A DNA stretch of 64,000 nucleotides from Hypanus sabinus (GCF_030144855.1 NC_082736.1:7192001-7256000); one strand, 5' to 3'; shown: positions 49,750 to 64,000, counted from the first letter of the stretch. The notes: a model not told the origin generated them from the letters alone. Program-made: numbers and translations.

Positions 49750-50569
49750 TGTTACGTTCCCTGTAACTAGGTCACTTACCAGCGAAGATAGAGAGGTCCA
49801 TTGAAGTCTGATGGTAATATTTTTTTAAAATCTTTATTTATAAAGGGGCACAAAAATAAGATTAATATAAACATTCAGATAATATACATCGTCACTACTC
49901 AATCTAAAAGCGTGGGTCTAATAATAACCATCAATAAGAAACAGCTCGATCGTTTGTCTAGGGGATAATATTTTGTCCGATGGAAATATAAAAGTCACTC
50001 AGTTCCTGCGGGCTTCAGCCTTTGGGACCGCTGGGTTTTCACTTGTTGGAGAGAGAGAGAGAGAGATTTGTGAGAAAAGAAACTTGCCCGGGTCTTTTAA
50101 AAAGCAAATCCGTTGAATCGGGAAAGTTGGTTCCTCGTTGTTAGTTCAAGAACATCGGTTCTATGGTACCTGCCACTGGCTCCCAAGCAAAGGGGAACCG
50201 AACGCACGTGGCTTCCTTCAAATGGCTTCCCGCTACTACGGGATCATTAGCGTTTCTTCTGGTGCGTCTGAAGGGGTTGTTCCCCCAGACCCTCTTTTAT
50301 ACTTCCTCATGGGGTCGCAGATATCAATCAGGTTGGGATGATGCAATCTCTCTCTCAACCAGCCCACTTTGCCCGAGGGCTTACACGTAGCATAGTCCCC
50401 AATCCACAAACGTGGTCTCCAGGAGACAATGGTCAATGTCGCGTTATTTTGCATCACTGGGGAACGAGGCTTCCGGCACGTCTCTCTCCCATTTCCTGGG
50501 TCTACTGACCCCACCCCCCCAACTAGTGCTCTTACAATTCTCACAAAGGAGGGGGCTGCCCGCATAACA
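49750..50569 (-). mobile_element. Solo LTR (820 bp)
   Basis: TGTTA...TAACA termini; 4-bp TSD ACGT (49746-49749 and 50570-50573); minus-strand TATAAAAG ~50295-50302 and AATAAA ~49833-49838. Confidence 0.82.
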
Positions 50570-50641
50570 ACGTAATGTAGCATTTGCAAACCTGCCAGTG
50601 AACATGGAATTTCCTATTTCAGTGGAATCGGGCTGATTTTA

Positions 50642-50715
50642 TCCTGGACTTATATTGGGAAGGAAAGTGAGCGAGTCCTGGACTTATATTGGGAAGGAAA
50701 GCGAGGGAGTCCTGG
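50642..50715. repeat. 34-bp tandem duplication
   Basis: tcctggacttatattgggaaggaaagtgagcgag then tcctggacttatattgggaaggaaagcgagggag then tcctgg. Confidence 0.85.
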
Positions 50716-51284
50716 TGAGTACGTCCTTTTACACACTGTGGTTGTAGCGCGTGTGGTTTGGGGTTGTGTGACAGGTCAAGGTGTTTTGGGTTGTGTGGAA
50801 GAAAACGAACGTGAAAACCACAACTGACAGTGAGGAAGACGCACGTCACTCAGCAGACAAGAACTATTCAGCATTTTCTCTGTTTCTCAGAGTATTGGGT
50901 TCATCTGTGGGTTCCATACATCAGCAAAGACATTAATTCTAAGGTGCGATATTTTAGTAATCCGATACATTGTTGAAATGGGGTTTGTTTTGTCACCCTG
51001 GTTTGGATATGGCCAAAGTGCAATGTGAGAGACACTGAAGTGGGTTGATAGTTCACAAATCTTCCATGTGAACAGTGTTCAAATGAAAGTAAATCAATAA
51101 ATGCTGGGCAAAAACAGGACTAGTAACCAAAACTCTCAAACAGGTAACGGGCTGAAAAGAGCATCAAATTATTGAACGAATAGCGTGAGTCTTCAAAGTC
51201 AGTTGACTCCAAAGTCCAGGTTCTCAGACAAGGCTGATGCAAAACAAAATCGAACCGTTGCTGTGCTCTGAGCAAGTCTCAAGA

Positions 51285-52645
51285 AGTGAGTCTACATCAG
51301 AGGTCAGTAAGTTGATGGAGAAGATACTGAGAGGCAGGATTTATGAAGGCATCATCTGATTAGGAATATTCAGCATGGCTTTGTGAAAGGCAGGTTGTGC
51401 CTTACGAGCCTGGTTGAATTTTTTGAGGATGTGACTGCACACAGTGATGAAGGCAGAGCTGTAGATGTAGAGAATATGGAATTCAGCAAGGCATTCGATA
51501 AGGAACACAATGCAAGGCACATTGAGAAAGTAAGGAGGCATGTAATCCAAGGGGACGTTGCTTTGTGGATCCAGAACTGGTTTGCCCACAGAAGGCAAAG
51601 AGTGGTTATAGAGTTGGTATATTCTACATGGAGGCTGATGAACAGTGGTGTGCCCCAGAGATCTGTACTGGGACCCCTACTCTTTGTGATTTTTATAAAT
51701 GACCTGGATGAGGAAGTGGAGGGATGTGTTAGCGAATCTGCTGATAACATAAAAGGTTGGTGGTGTTGTGGATAGTGTGGAGTGCTGTCAGAGGTAACAC
51801 CGGGACATTGATAGGATGCAAATCTGGGCTGAGAAGTGGCAGGAAGGTATGATGTGGTTCATTTTGGTAGTTCGAATATGATGGTAGAATGTAGCATTAC
51901 TGATAAGACTCTTGGCAGTGTGGAGGATCAGGGGTCTGAATCCACAGGACACTAAAAGATGCTAAGCAGTCTGACGTTGTGGTTAAGAAGGCATATGGTG
52001 CCTTGATATTCATTAATCGTAGGATTGAGCTTTGGAGCTGAGAGGTATTGTTGCAGCTATATAAGATCCTGGACAGATCCCACTTGGAGTATTGTGCTCA
52101 ATTCTGCTCGTCTCACTACAGGAAGGATTTGGAAACCATAGAAATGGTTCAGGTGAGATTTACAAGGATGATGCTTGGATTGGGGAGCATGCCTTATGAG
52201 AATAGGTTGAGTGAACTTGGCCTTTTATACTTGGAGCAGCAGAGGATGAGAGGTGTCCTGATAGAGGTGTATAAGATGATGAGAGGCATTGATTGTGTGG
52301 ATAGTCAGAGGCTTTTTCCAGGACTGAAATGGCTGCCACAAGTGGACACAGGTTTAAGGTGCTGGGGAGTAGGTACTGAGGAGATGTCAGTGGCAAGTTT
52401 TTACATTCAGAGAGTGGTGAGTGCTTGGAATGGGCTGCTGGCAACGGTGGTGGAGGCGGATAAGATAGGGACTTTTAAAAGACTTTCAGATAGGTACATG
52501 GAGCTTAGAAAAAGCTATGTCCATGGAGGTACATGGAGCTTCGAGGGCTTTGGGTAAGCCTAGTAACTTCTAAGGTAGGGACATGTTCAGCACAACTTTG
52601 TGGGCTGAAGGGTCTGTATTGTGCTGGAGGTTTTCTACGTTTCTA
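51285..52645 (+). mobile_element. CR1 LINE RT and 3' fragment
   Basis: CLTSLVEFFEDVT, EFSKAFDK, SGVPQRSVLGPLLFVIFINDLD, YENRLSELGL. Confidence 0.88.
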
Positions 52646-52879
52646 TTAACTTAATTTGGATTAAAATGTTGACTTTGACTTATTTTTCCATAACGTTCTG
52701 TTTTCATGCAGAGGTCCAGTAATCCAGATACAACGTTATTTCACCCCAAATTATAAAAAATTATATACACAAGATTATACAAAATACAAACATTAACTAT
52801 TTATAAGACCGAAAAGTCAAATTAAAATGTGAATATTACTGTCTATAACACACTCAATTCCCGTGGGTGAGGGTGGGGT

Positions 52880-53205
52880 CACTGTTCCCGGAAATGCCCC
52901 TCTGTACCCACTGAGTTCCAATGCTCGCAGTTTCTCAGTGGCACCACTGATTGACAGTTCTCTCTGACCCCGCCTCCCGTCACGTGACACCGTGTTGCGA
53001 TGACGCCGTGTGGCGATAATGACGAGATGAAGACGCCACAGAGGTCCCATCGTCACCGATGGTGGGCACGGGGTTGTGGTAAAGTGGAGTCGGTCTCCAC
53101 TTTGCGTTTCGGCTCCATTGTGGGAATCGGCCTCTCCTCTTCCTGCCCACGGAACAGTGAGTGTCTGTCAGCGCCTCACTGCACCGGCTCTCTGCCTCAG
53201 GTACA
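52880..53205 (+). promoter_or_regulatory. CpG-rich promoter-like element with candidate first exon (right arm)
   Basis: TTCCCGGAA (52885-52893), GC box, GTCACGTGAC (52979-52988), donor GTGAGT at 53157-53162. Confidence 0.55.
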
Positions 53206-56200
53206 ATATTTAAACCATATTTGCACAGTTACGTGGATAGGAAAGGTTGAGAGGGACACGGGCCTACTGCAGGCGGATGGGACGAGTTCAGGTCGACAAC
53301 TTGGTCGGCCTCGATGAGTTTTACCGAAGGGACGGTTTCAGTTCTGTATAAATCACTGACTCTATTCTGGGCGGTTCAACCAGGGCAGGATGTACGCAGT
53401 GAATGTCAGGTTCCTGGGAAGGTTTAATGAACATAGACTTTGCGGGTTTCTGCCCCCACACCTCCTCCGGCAGCTGATTTAGGAGAGCAGCTATTCTCTG
53501 TGTGAAGTATGTACCCTTCAGATCCCCTTTAAATCTGTCTTTAAACAGTTTTGTGCAATTCCAATGAGAGGCAGTTCTTTGGCTGATAAGGAAAGTAGAA
53601 CACACAACCCTGTCTACCTGTGATGCCACATACAGGGAACTGTGTAACAGTATTAGAGATACATGCATAGGCAGTTCAGTGAGCAAGGCCTGGAGGGATA
53701 TGAAACTAATGCAGGAAAGTGGGATTAGTATAGCTGTGCATGATGGGGAGCATAAATGTGATGGGCCAGAGGGTCTGTTTCTATCCTGGCCAACCCTGGC
53801 AACAGCAGTCCTCCACTGCTGTGGGGTTTGTTACCTTCATACTCAGCTGTGAGCTTGTTCCACTGAACCCCTTATCCTCTGAGAAGATATTTACACCCTT
53901 CCATTGTGACCTCCATCTCTCCTGCTATTAACGAGTGTTCTTCACCGAATTCCAATTTAAAAGTCCTGTTACTGGTGAACAGGGAATTGGTGCATTTTGA
54001 TAGCCTTTTGAGGTGTTTGATTCACTATTAACCCTAATTCATTAATTCTGAGTATTTTAGGTAAGTCCATCCTGAAGTTCTGTGTTCCAGGTTCCCACTG
54101 AACTTTCACAGTCAGTGGTTTCTGCATGTCTATACTGACCATCGAGAATCTGTCTCCATTAACTCAGCACTTGGTCTGTCTCCTACCCTGACCTAGTGAT
54201 TCAAATGTTCAGCCAGATGTTCCTTAAATACCAGCCTGCACCTCTCCCTCAGGCAGTGTGTTCCAGATTGTAACCAACTTCATTTTGCAAGCTGGTTCAC
54301 TTCCCACTTCAAGATTTGCTAGCCGCCTTTGCTGTCCATCATACCCCTAATCTTGTTGTCATCTGCAAACTTGCTGATCCAGTTTACCACATTCTCATCC
54401 AGATCGTTTATACAGATGCAAAACAACAACGGACCCAGCACCGGGACGTTAAACCAGGGCAGGATGAACACGGTAATGACAGGTTCCTGGGAAGTGTTCA
54501 TCAACAGAGACTTTGTTTTTTTTTCCTCCACCACCTCATCTGGCAGCTCATTCGGGATACCAGCTATTCTCTGTGTCAAATATTTACCCTTCAGATCCTC
54601 TTTAAACTACCCCCCTGTCACCTTACAACTATAGCTTTAGACAGCCACACCACGGGAAACAGTCTCTGACTCTCTAACTTTTGTATGCCTCACGTAATTT
54701 TATCCACCTCCATCAACTCACCCTTTAGATTCCCTTTCAACCTCCACCCTGTCACGTCTTAGTTTCTGTCTGATTTCTCTAAATTCACTGCACAGGACAC
54801 AACCCTCGTATCCCTACATTGCTATTACCAACATGCACCGTCCACCAGGATGTCCGGCTGCTCAACCTTCCCTTTGAAATGTCCTGCAGCTGCTCCGAGA
54901 CCATCGGACCATAAGACACAGCAGCAGAATTAGGCCATTTGGCCCATCCAGTCTGCTGCCCCATTCTGCCAGGTGTAAGAGATCATGACCGATCTCTTAA
55001 CCCTCTGAAACACTCTTATCCCATCCCCCCCCGCCCCCACAATCGAGAACCTCCACATTCAATGTACCCAATGAATCGGTCACATCCGTCTGAGGAGATG
55101 AATTCAGAGTCAGGACCAGAATCAGGTTTATTACCACCGGCAGGTGTCAGGAAATTTGTTAATTTAGCAGCAGCAGTTCAATGCAGGACATGCTAATATA
55201 TAAAGATGGTTGCTGCTGGAATAGATTGTGCTTGGGGTGACTTGGGTCCACAATGATCCTTCAGGCCCTTTTCTCACACCTGTCTTTGAAACTGTCCTGA
55301 ATGATGGGAAGCTCACAACTACAGATGCGCTGGGCTGTCCGCAACACACTCTGCAGAGTCCTGCAATTGAGGGAAGTACAGTTCCCATACTAGGCAGTGA
55401 TGCAGCCAGTCGGGATGCTCCCAGTTGTGCCCCTGTAGAAAGTTCTTAGGATTTGGGGGCCCAGAGCAAACTTCCTCAGTTGTCTGCGGTGTACGAGGTG
55501 CTGTTGTGCCTTTTCCACCACTCAGCAGGTACGTATAGACCACGTGAGATCCTCGGATATGTTGATGTCGAGGAATTTAAAGCTGTTTACCTTCTCAACC
55601 CCAGATCCATTGATGTCCATAGGGGTTAGCCCATCTCCATGAACAATCTGTGTGGATTATCACTAATCCGCACAGATTGTATTCTCCCAGTTAGGAAGTC
55701 GAGGATCCATTTGCAGAGGGACCAGGTTCCATTGCTTATTGATCAGGACTGTGGAAATGAAGGTGTTAAATGCTGATCTCTTGTCACTGAACAACTTCCT
55801 GACATAGGCAGCACAGATTCACTAGCTTTTTCCAAGGAATTTGCTCCTTACCTTTGTTCTAACCACTGACCACTGACTCGACTGGCAAGTTTATCTTTAG
55901 GAAATCCTTCACATCTGAGACGAACCTGACCCCAGTAGCCAGAAGACAACAGACCATCGTGTCATCTCTGTTGCTGCCACAGAATCTCCTGCACATCCCC
56001 TGTACTGTGAGTCTGCTGTCATCACTGCTCTGCTTGACCATTCCTCCCGCGGAGCATCGGTCTGGGGTCTCAGTACCACCGACCTGGCGTGCTGCTGTCT
56101 CTGGTTCGTCATCCCAGGGGTATCCAAAGGAGTCTACTTGTTGCTGAGGGTCACGGCCACAGGCAGACATTACTCTGTCTGTCTCTTCCCCTTTCCGTCG

Positions 56201-57418
56201 TGATGGTCACACAACAGTCTGCATCCTGCCCTCAAGTGTGACCAACTCACTGAACCTCTGGTCTCAGCATCCTGGAAACTCTCGGTCTGTCCATCTCCAT
56301 CTTCATTTCCTTCACACGGTCAGTCAGGAGCTGCACCTCGGTGCACTTCCCCCATGTGAAGTTATCGCGGACACTGAGTGACTCCCACATCCTGAGGTGG
56401 AGCATGTCAGTGCCGTAACTGTAATTCCAGCCACTCTGATGGGGAGAGGAATTCCAAAGAAATCCTCTGACATTTGACTTCCCAGAGTACACCGACTTAT
56501 CTCTCATTTCTCTGCCCACATTTCCAGCCGGTCTATGTTCTGCTGAATCCTTTGGCAACTTTCCTCACGATCCATAACTGCACCAATTTCTGTGTCTCTG
56601 CAGACCAACAAATCAGCCCTCCTTCGTTTTCATCCAAATCATTTCACAAAAAGCAGAATTTCTTGTGGGGCCCACTCTTCACAGGTCTCCAGTCAGAATC
56701 ACACCCCTCAACCATTACCTTCTGTGTTCTCTGATTGAGTACATTTTGAATATACTCAATCAGATTTCTCTTGAGCGATGTGCTTCCATGCTGTGGATCA
56801 GCCCACCATGGGGACTCTTGTTGAAAACTTTACCAAAGTCCTCGTGTCCTATACCCACTACCCAGCTCTCATCAGTCGAGTCTGTCACTTAAAACATTCG
56901 GCCAAGTTTGCAAGAGTTGACGTTGCCCATGCAAAGTGATATTGGCTACTCTGAAATTGTTTATGCTTTTTGTTTATGCAAGCTGATCCTATCATTAAAT
57001 TTCTTTTGTCCCTGGCCTCGGGCAGAACAACCTGATCTTTTCATTCTGGCCCTGCGTCTAAATCGTCGTCCAAACATTGGGTTCAGTCGCTTTGATATGA
57101 TCTGGGGCCTGATACCCACCACCTCGATTTGGCCTGTATCTGACTTTGCCATTTCAGCCTGGAGTTTAAACCAACCGTACTTTGTGTCTTCCTCACATTG
57201 GTTCTGCCACATGAAATTGCATCCAAGTTGATAGGAAAGTTACAGGCTATTTGTTTACCAGAAAAAGAGATTCACTGGTGTCACTTTAAACCAGAACCAA
57301 TGGAGATAACTCTATTTAACTTCACTTAACTCACCACTGAACTGTTTCCCACAATCTATCACTTCACTTCCAAGTATTCTGCATGTCATGTTCTCTATTT
57401 ATTTAATTATGACTATAT

Positions 57419-60400
57419 TGTAGCGGTGTGCTACACGCAGCGCTGAAATAAAGACACGTAATCGGTAAGCTGCAGTTGCAAAAGAGGTTTATTCAAACTT
57501 GGCGGCCTCGCTTAAAAGCCTTCCTGATCCTGCCCTCCCCGAGCGGGAATACTGTAGGGGGCGCATATTCACAGACCTGTCCTGCGTGCGGGCTCTTCCT
57601 CTTGCTGGTGAAGCAGGCTTGGTGCCCTTTTTGGGACCGGCCTCAATGCCCGCGCTCACAACTTTGTGAGCCAGTTCGAGTGCGCTGGGAAGTGGGTCGC
57701 CACATAAACGCCCCCCAGAGAACCGGCGATACACCCCACAATGTCCTCAGTCTGTTTGGATGGTCTGCCTCTGCGCCGTGGTGCCTGAATCTCGACCGGC
57801 TGCGCCAAGTTCACATGGGCCAGTTGGAGTTGGTCCACCGTGAAAACCTCCTCTCTCCCCACAACGTCCAGCACGAATGTGGACCCGTTGTTTCTGAACA
57901 CCGTAAACGGCCCCTCATAGGGCCGCTGTAGCGGTGCCCAGTGTCCACCCTGTCGTACAAAAACACAGTTACAGTTTTGCAGGTCGTTGGGAACGCAGGT
58001 CGGGTTCTGCCCATGCTGTGAAGTGGGTATGTGGGCCAGGTTACCAAGCCTCGCGTAGTCTGCCCAGGACTGCTGTGGGTTCTTCCTCTTGCCCCCTTGG
58101 GGCTGGTATGAACTCTCCTGGGATGACCAGGGGTCCGCCGTGCACCAACTCAGCCGACGAGGTATGCAGATCTTCTTTGGGCACCGTGCAGATTCCGAGC
58201 AGGAACCAGGGAAGCTCGTCCACCCAGTTAGGCCCTTTGAGGCGGGCCATGAGAGCTGATTTCAGATGGAAACGCTCCACTAGTCCGTTCGCTTGTGGGT
58301 GGTAGGCAGTTGTGTTTTGCAGCTGTGTCCCCAAAAGGCTGGGCATAGCTGAGCACAGGCTGGAGGTGAACTGGGCGCCTCTGTTGGAGGTAATGTGGGC
58401 CGGTACACCCAAGTGAGATACCCAGGTTGCAATCAGTGCTCGGGCGCAAGATTCGGAGGTGGTGTCGGCGAGCGGGACTGCCTCTGGCCATCTTGTGAAC
58501 CTGTCCACGATAGTCTGGAGGTGCCACGCTCCTCGCGACACTGGCAGGGGCCCACGATATCCACATGAATGTGGTTGAAACACCGCCGGGTGGGGTGGAA
58601 CTGCTGCGGCAGGGGTTTGGTGTGCCACTCAGTCTTGGCTGTTTGGCAGTGCATTCACGTTTTGGCCCATTCACTGACCGGCTGGCGGAGTCCGTGCCAA
58701 ATGAACCTGTTGGCAACCATCCAGACGGTTGACCAGATGGAGGGGTGAGCTAAGTTGTGGATGGAGATGAAAATGTGCCACTGCCAGGACGAAGGGGCGG
58801 GGTTGGCCAGTGGCGACGTCACAGAGTAGGGTCCTCTCACCTGGGCCTGCAGGGAGGTCTTGGAGCTGCAAACCAGAGACTGCGGTTCTGTAACTAGGGA
58901 TCTTCTCGTCTGCCTGCTGTGCCTCCTCCAGCGCTTCATAGTCTACCCGCAGGACAGGGCTTGGATGTTAGGGCGTCTGCAACGACATTGTCCTTTCCCG
59001 AGACATGCTGGACACCCGTCATGCATTCGGAGATGTAGGACAGATGTTGCTGCTGGTGGGACGACCATCGGTCGGATGCTTTTGTGAACACAAACGTAAG
59101 AGGGTTGTGGTCCGTGAACGCGGTAAAGGGCCTCCCTTCTAAGAAGTACCTGAAATGCCAGATTGCCAGGTTATCACGCCAACAGTTCCCGGTCGAAAGC
59201 ACTGTATTTGAGCTTGGGTGGTCATAGGTGTTTGCGGAAAAACGCCAGGGGTTTCCTGCGACCCTCGATGAGTTGTTCCAGCACTCCATCGACTCCATCG
59301 TGTTAGATGCGCCACTGTGAGGGCGGTAGGGACGTCCATTCTGGGGTGCACTAGCATCGCGGCGTTTGCCAAGGCTTCTTTGGTTTTAATGAAAGCGGCG
59401 GCGGACTCCTCATCCCAGGTCATGTCCTTGCCCTTATCTGACATCAGGGCGAACAGGGGGCACATGATTCAGGCTGCTGAAGGGAGGAAGCGGTGGTAGA
59501 AATTTAACATACCCACAAATTCCCGAAGGCCTTTGATTATGTTGGTTTGGGGGAAATGACGGACCGCGTCTATCTTGGCGGGCAGAGGGGTTGCCCCGTC
59601 TTTAGTAATCCTGTGGCCCAGGAAGACGATGGTCGATCCGAACTGGCATTTGGCCGTAATCACTCGGTCGGGTGTAGAGTTGATGAAGGTGGGACAGATG
59701 CTCCTGACGACTACTGCTGGCTATGAGGATGTCATCCAAATAGATGAAAGCGAAGTCCAGGTCGCGTTCCACCGCATCCATTAACCGCTGAAACGTCTGT
59801 GCGGCATTCTTTAGGCCGAACGGCATGCGGAGGAATTCGAAAAGGCTGAAAGGGGTGATGAGTGCCATTTTGGGGACGTCGTCCGGATGCATGAGGATCT
59901 GATGGTGTCCCCGGACGAGGTCTACCTCGGAAAAGATCCGTGTGCCATGCAGGTTTGCTGCAAAGTCCTGAATGTGCGGCACAGGGTAGCGGTCCGGTGT
60001 TGTAGCTTCGTTCAGCCTGCGGTAGTTGCCGCATGGTCTCCAGCCCCCTGTTGCTTTGGGCACCATGTGCAGGGGGGAGGCCCATGGGCTGTCGGACCGC
60101 TGTATGATCCCCAATTCCTCCATCCTCTTGAACTCCTCCTTTGCCAGTCGGAGCTTGTCTGGGGGAAGCCTTCGAGGACGGGGTGGTCCTTGTATCGGGA
60201 TGTGGTGCTGTATGCCGTGTCTGGGCATGGCTGCCGTGAACTTCGGCACCAGAACCGATGGGAAACCTGCCAGGACTCTGGTGAAGTCATTGTCAGACAG
60301 CGTGATGGAGTCGATGTGTGGGGCCGGCAACTGGGCTTCACCCAGGGAGAACGTTTGAAAGGTCTCAGCGTGGACCAGTCTCTTCCTTGGCAGGTTGACC

Positions 60401-61681
60401 AGTAGGCTGTGAGCTCGCAAAAAATCTGCTCCCAGGAGCGGTTGGGCTACGGTGGCCAGTGTGAAGTCCCACATGAACTGGCTGGAACCGAACTGTAGCT
60501 GCACCGTATGGCTGCCGTAGGTCCTTACTGTGCTGCCGTTCGCGGCCCTCAGGGTGGGACCCGATTCTCTGTGGCGGGTGTCGTAACACGTCGGAGATAA
60601 GACGCTGATGTTGGCTCCGGTGACAACCAAAATGCAGCGTCCCGACTGCTTGTCCCAGACATGCAGGAGGCTATTCTGATACCATGTCTCTATGTGGCAT
60701 TCCCTGGGAACTTGCAGGGCGGGCTACAGCGACGGGCTTCTGCGCCCCACCGCTGGTGGTAGAAGCACCATTGTCCGTTGGTCTCCTCACCCCTGCCTCT
60801 GGGGTTAGTGGGCTCTGCGGCCAGGCCCGGTCTGGTCTGCTGCTGGGAGCCTGGCCTGGTGATCTGTGCGACGGACGTCCCACTCTCCTTGGCTTTCCAC
60901 AGCACGTCTGCCTAGGCCGCCACCTTCCGGGGGGGTGGGGGGGGTCACTGAAATCCACGTTAGACAGCAGCAGACGTATGTCCTCGGGCAGCTGCTCCAG
61001 GAACGCCTGCTCAAACATGAGGCTGGGCTTGAGACCTCCGGCCAGGGACAGCATCTCGTTCACCAAAGCTGACGGTGGCCTGTCCCCCAAACCATCCAGG
61101 TGCAGTAAGTGGAGAGCTTGCTCCCGTCGTGAGAGTCCGAAAGTCCTTATGACCAGGGCTTTGAATTCTGTGTATTTGTCCTCCTCCAGGGGCGACTGTA
61201 TGAACTCCTCAACCTGAGCGGCTGTCTCCTGGTCGAGGGAGCTCACCACGTGGTAGTAACAAGTGGCATCCGAGTTTATCTGCCGAATGTGGAATTGGGC
61301 TTCTGCTTGCTGAAACCATAGGTGAGGTCGCAGCGTCCTGAAGCTTGGCAGTTTTAATGAAAATGCAGGAACAGATGTGGCGTCGTTCATCTCCGGTCCA
61401 AATATCGTTTGGGCTGTCGGGGTCACCAATTGTAGCGGTGTGCTACACGCAGCGCTGAAATAACGACACATAGTCAGTGAGCTGCAGTTGCAAAAGATGT
61501 TTATTCAAGCTGCACGGCCTCGCTTTAAAGCCTTCCGGTTCCCGCGCTCAGTCCCATCCCGTGCTCGGGCTTTTCCCCTTGTTGGTGAAGCAGGCTTGGT
61601 GCCCTCTTTGGGACCAGCCTCAATGCCGGTGCTCGCCACTTTGTGAGCCGGTTCGAGAGAGCTGGGAAGTGGGTCACCACA
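57419..61681 (-). mobile_element. Second copy of the Gypsy element (duplicated with the arm)
   Basis: LTRs 61431-61681 and 57419-57704; same ATAT TSD and flanks; protease motif mutated to VTG. Confidence 0.95.
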
Positions 61682-61794
61682 ATATTATTATTTTCTCTCT
61701 TGTATTTACACAATTTATTGTCGTTTGCACATTGGTGATTTGGCCACCCTGTTGGGTGCGTCTTTCTGTTGTGGTTCTTGGATTTACTGAGTAA

Positions 61795-64000
61795 GGCCGT
61801 ACAGCATAGCAGCAGAATTAGGATATTTGGCCCGTCGAGTCTACTCCCATTCAATCATGGCTGACCCTTTTTTCCCTTTGCATCCCCACTCCCTGGTCTT
61901 GTCCTTGCAAACCTTGATGCCGTGTCCAATCATGAGCCTATCAAGCTCTGCCTTAAGTAGACCCAAGGACATAGCCTCCACAGCAGCCTGTGGATATAAA
62001 TTGCATTAATTCACCACCCTCTGACTAAAGAATCTCTCTGCATTTCTGTTTCAAATGGACAACCTTCTATCCTGAGATTGTGTCTTCTCGTCCTAGACTC
62101 CCCCACCATAGGAAGCATCCTTTCCACATGTACTCAGTCTAGGCCTTTCAGCATTTGAAATGAGATTCCCCCCCACCATCCTTCGACATTCCAGCGAGTC
62201 CAGACCCAGAGCTATCAAATGTTCCTCGTATGATAACCGTTTCATTCCCAGAATCACCCTTGTGAACTTCTTCTGAACCCTTTGCAGTGCCAGTACATCT
62301 TTTCTTGGATGAGGAGCCCATAACGCTTCACAATCCTCAAGGTGAGGCCTCACCAATGCCTTATAAAGTCTCAGCATCACATCCCTGCTCTTGTATTCTA
62401 ACCGCTTGATGTGAATGCTAACATTGCTTTGGCATTCCTCACCTCCGACTGTACCTGCAAGTTATTTTTTGGCTGGTTTGCACGAAGACTCCAGGTCCCT
62501 TTGCATCTCAGATGTTTGGATTTTCTCCCTATTTGGAAAATAGTCTGTACGTGTATTTTTACTACCAAAGTGCACGACCATGTATTTTCCAACATTGTAT
62601 TTCCTTTGCCATTGTCTTGCCAATTCTCCTAATCTGTCAAAGTACTTCTCGAGCCTACCTGTTTCCTGAACAGTACCTGCCCTTATTGTCATCTGCAAAC
62701 TTGCAACAAATCCATCTATTCCATCGTTTAAATCATTGATAAACAGCATAAACAGAAGTGGTCCCAACACCGACTCCTGCGGAACACCACTACTCACTGG
62801 CAGCCAACCAGAAAGGATCCTTTTATTCCCACTTGTTGACTTGCTGCCTTCTACCAATCAGCCAATGTTCCAACCACGCCAGTAACTTTCCTGTAATACC
62901 ATGGGCTATTAACTTGGTAAGCAGCCTCATGTGTGGCACCTTGTCAAAGGCCTTTTGAAAGTCCAAATATATGACATCCATTGCATCCCCTTTATTTATC
63001 CTGCGTGTAATCTCAAAGCATTCCAACAGGTTCATCATTCAAGATTTCCCCTGAAGGAATCCATGCTGACTTTGTCCTTTCTTGTCCTGTCTTTCCAATA
63101 CTCCATATCCTCATCTTTAACAATTAACTCCAGCATCTTCCCAACCACTGAAGTCAGACTAACTGGTCTATAATTTCCTTTCTGCCGCCTTCCTCCTTTC
63201 TTAAAGAGCGGAGTGACATTTGCAATTTTCCAGTCCCCTTGCACCACGCCAGAGTCCAATACGTCTTGAAAGATCATTACTAATGGCACCACAATCTCTA
63301 CCGCTACCTCTGTCAGAATCCTAGGGTCCAGTTCATCTGGTCCAGGTGACTGATATACCCTCAGGACTTTCAGCTTTTTGAGCACCTTTCCCTTATAATA
63401 ATAACTGAACTCCCTTCTCTCCCCTCACTCCCTTCAACATCTGGCACATGGCTAGTAACTTCCACTGATGCCAAATACTCATTTAGTTCATCTGCTATCA
63501 CCTTCCCCCGCCCCCCCACCACCCCATTATTCTTCCTCTGGCCTGATTTTCTAGCAATCCAGTATCCAGTCTCATCTCTCCTTTATGTTTGACATACTTG
63601 AAAAAGCTTCAACGATTCACTTTGATAATATTTGCTAGTTTGCTTGCATATTTAATCTTTATCCTCTTTAGGTTGCTCTCTGTAAGGTGTTAGAAGCTTC
63701 CCAATCCTCTGTATTCTATTTTTTTCTTTGTTTTATGCCCTCCCTTTTGGTTTTACATTAGCTTTGACTTCCTTTTCAGCCACAGTTGTACTATTTTGCC
63801 ATTTGAGTATTTATTTGTTTCTGGAATACGCTTATCCTGGACTCAAGTTGATCTCAATGATACTGTGATCACTGCCTCCTAAGGGTTCTTTTACCTTAAG
63901 TTCCCTAATTGCCTGCTGTTCATTAAATAACACACAATCCAGTATAGCTGATTCCCTCGTAGGCTCAACGACAAATTGTTCTAAAAAGCCATCTCTTAGG
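61795..64000 (-). mobile_element. Mirror copy of the CR1 LINE in the right arm
   Basis: Same ORF fragments on the minus strand. Confidence 0.88.

Larger units (their letters stand above)
52265..64000 (-). repeat. Right arm of large inverted duplication (runs off the window end)
   Basis: Mirror of 22304-34150, including shared TE junctions. Confidence 0.95.

Noticed and set aside
53157-53200. 44-nt GTGAGT...CTCAG micro-intron (mirrored at 33278-33321)
   Set aside because: Shorter than typical vertebrate minimal introns; more likely just a donor followed by a pyrimidine-rich stretch

Overview
Vertebrate nuclear DNA, most likely a cartilaginous fish (ray or shark), judged from the histone variants and repeat landscape. 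It holds five intact replication-dependent histone genes, each with a 3' stem-loop: H1(+), H3(-) and H4(-) at 2.1-5.1 kb, and H2A(-) and H2B(-) at 36.4-38.1 kb. There is one intact tRNA-Asp(GTC) gene. Most of the remainder is decayed transposable elements: CR1 and Rex1/Babar LINEs, two Buster-type hAT elements, a Tc1 element, a solo LTR, Penelope-like elements with minimal hammerhead-ribozyme motifs, and a CsRn1-type Ty3/Gypsy element. The dominant structure is an inverted duplication of at least 11.7 kb (22304-34150 mirrored at 52265-64000, running off the window end) around an ~18 kb spacer containing H2A, H2B and the tRNA. Each arm carries a copy of the Gypsy element and a CpG-rich, outward-facing promoter-like element. 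All alignments and identities were judged by eye, and TE boundaries are approximate unless a TSD or terminal repeat is quoted.
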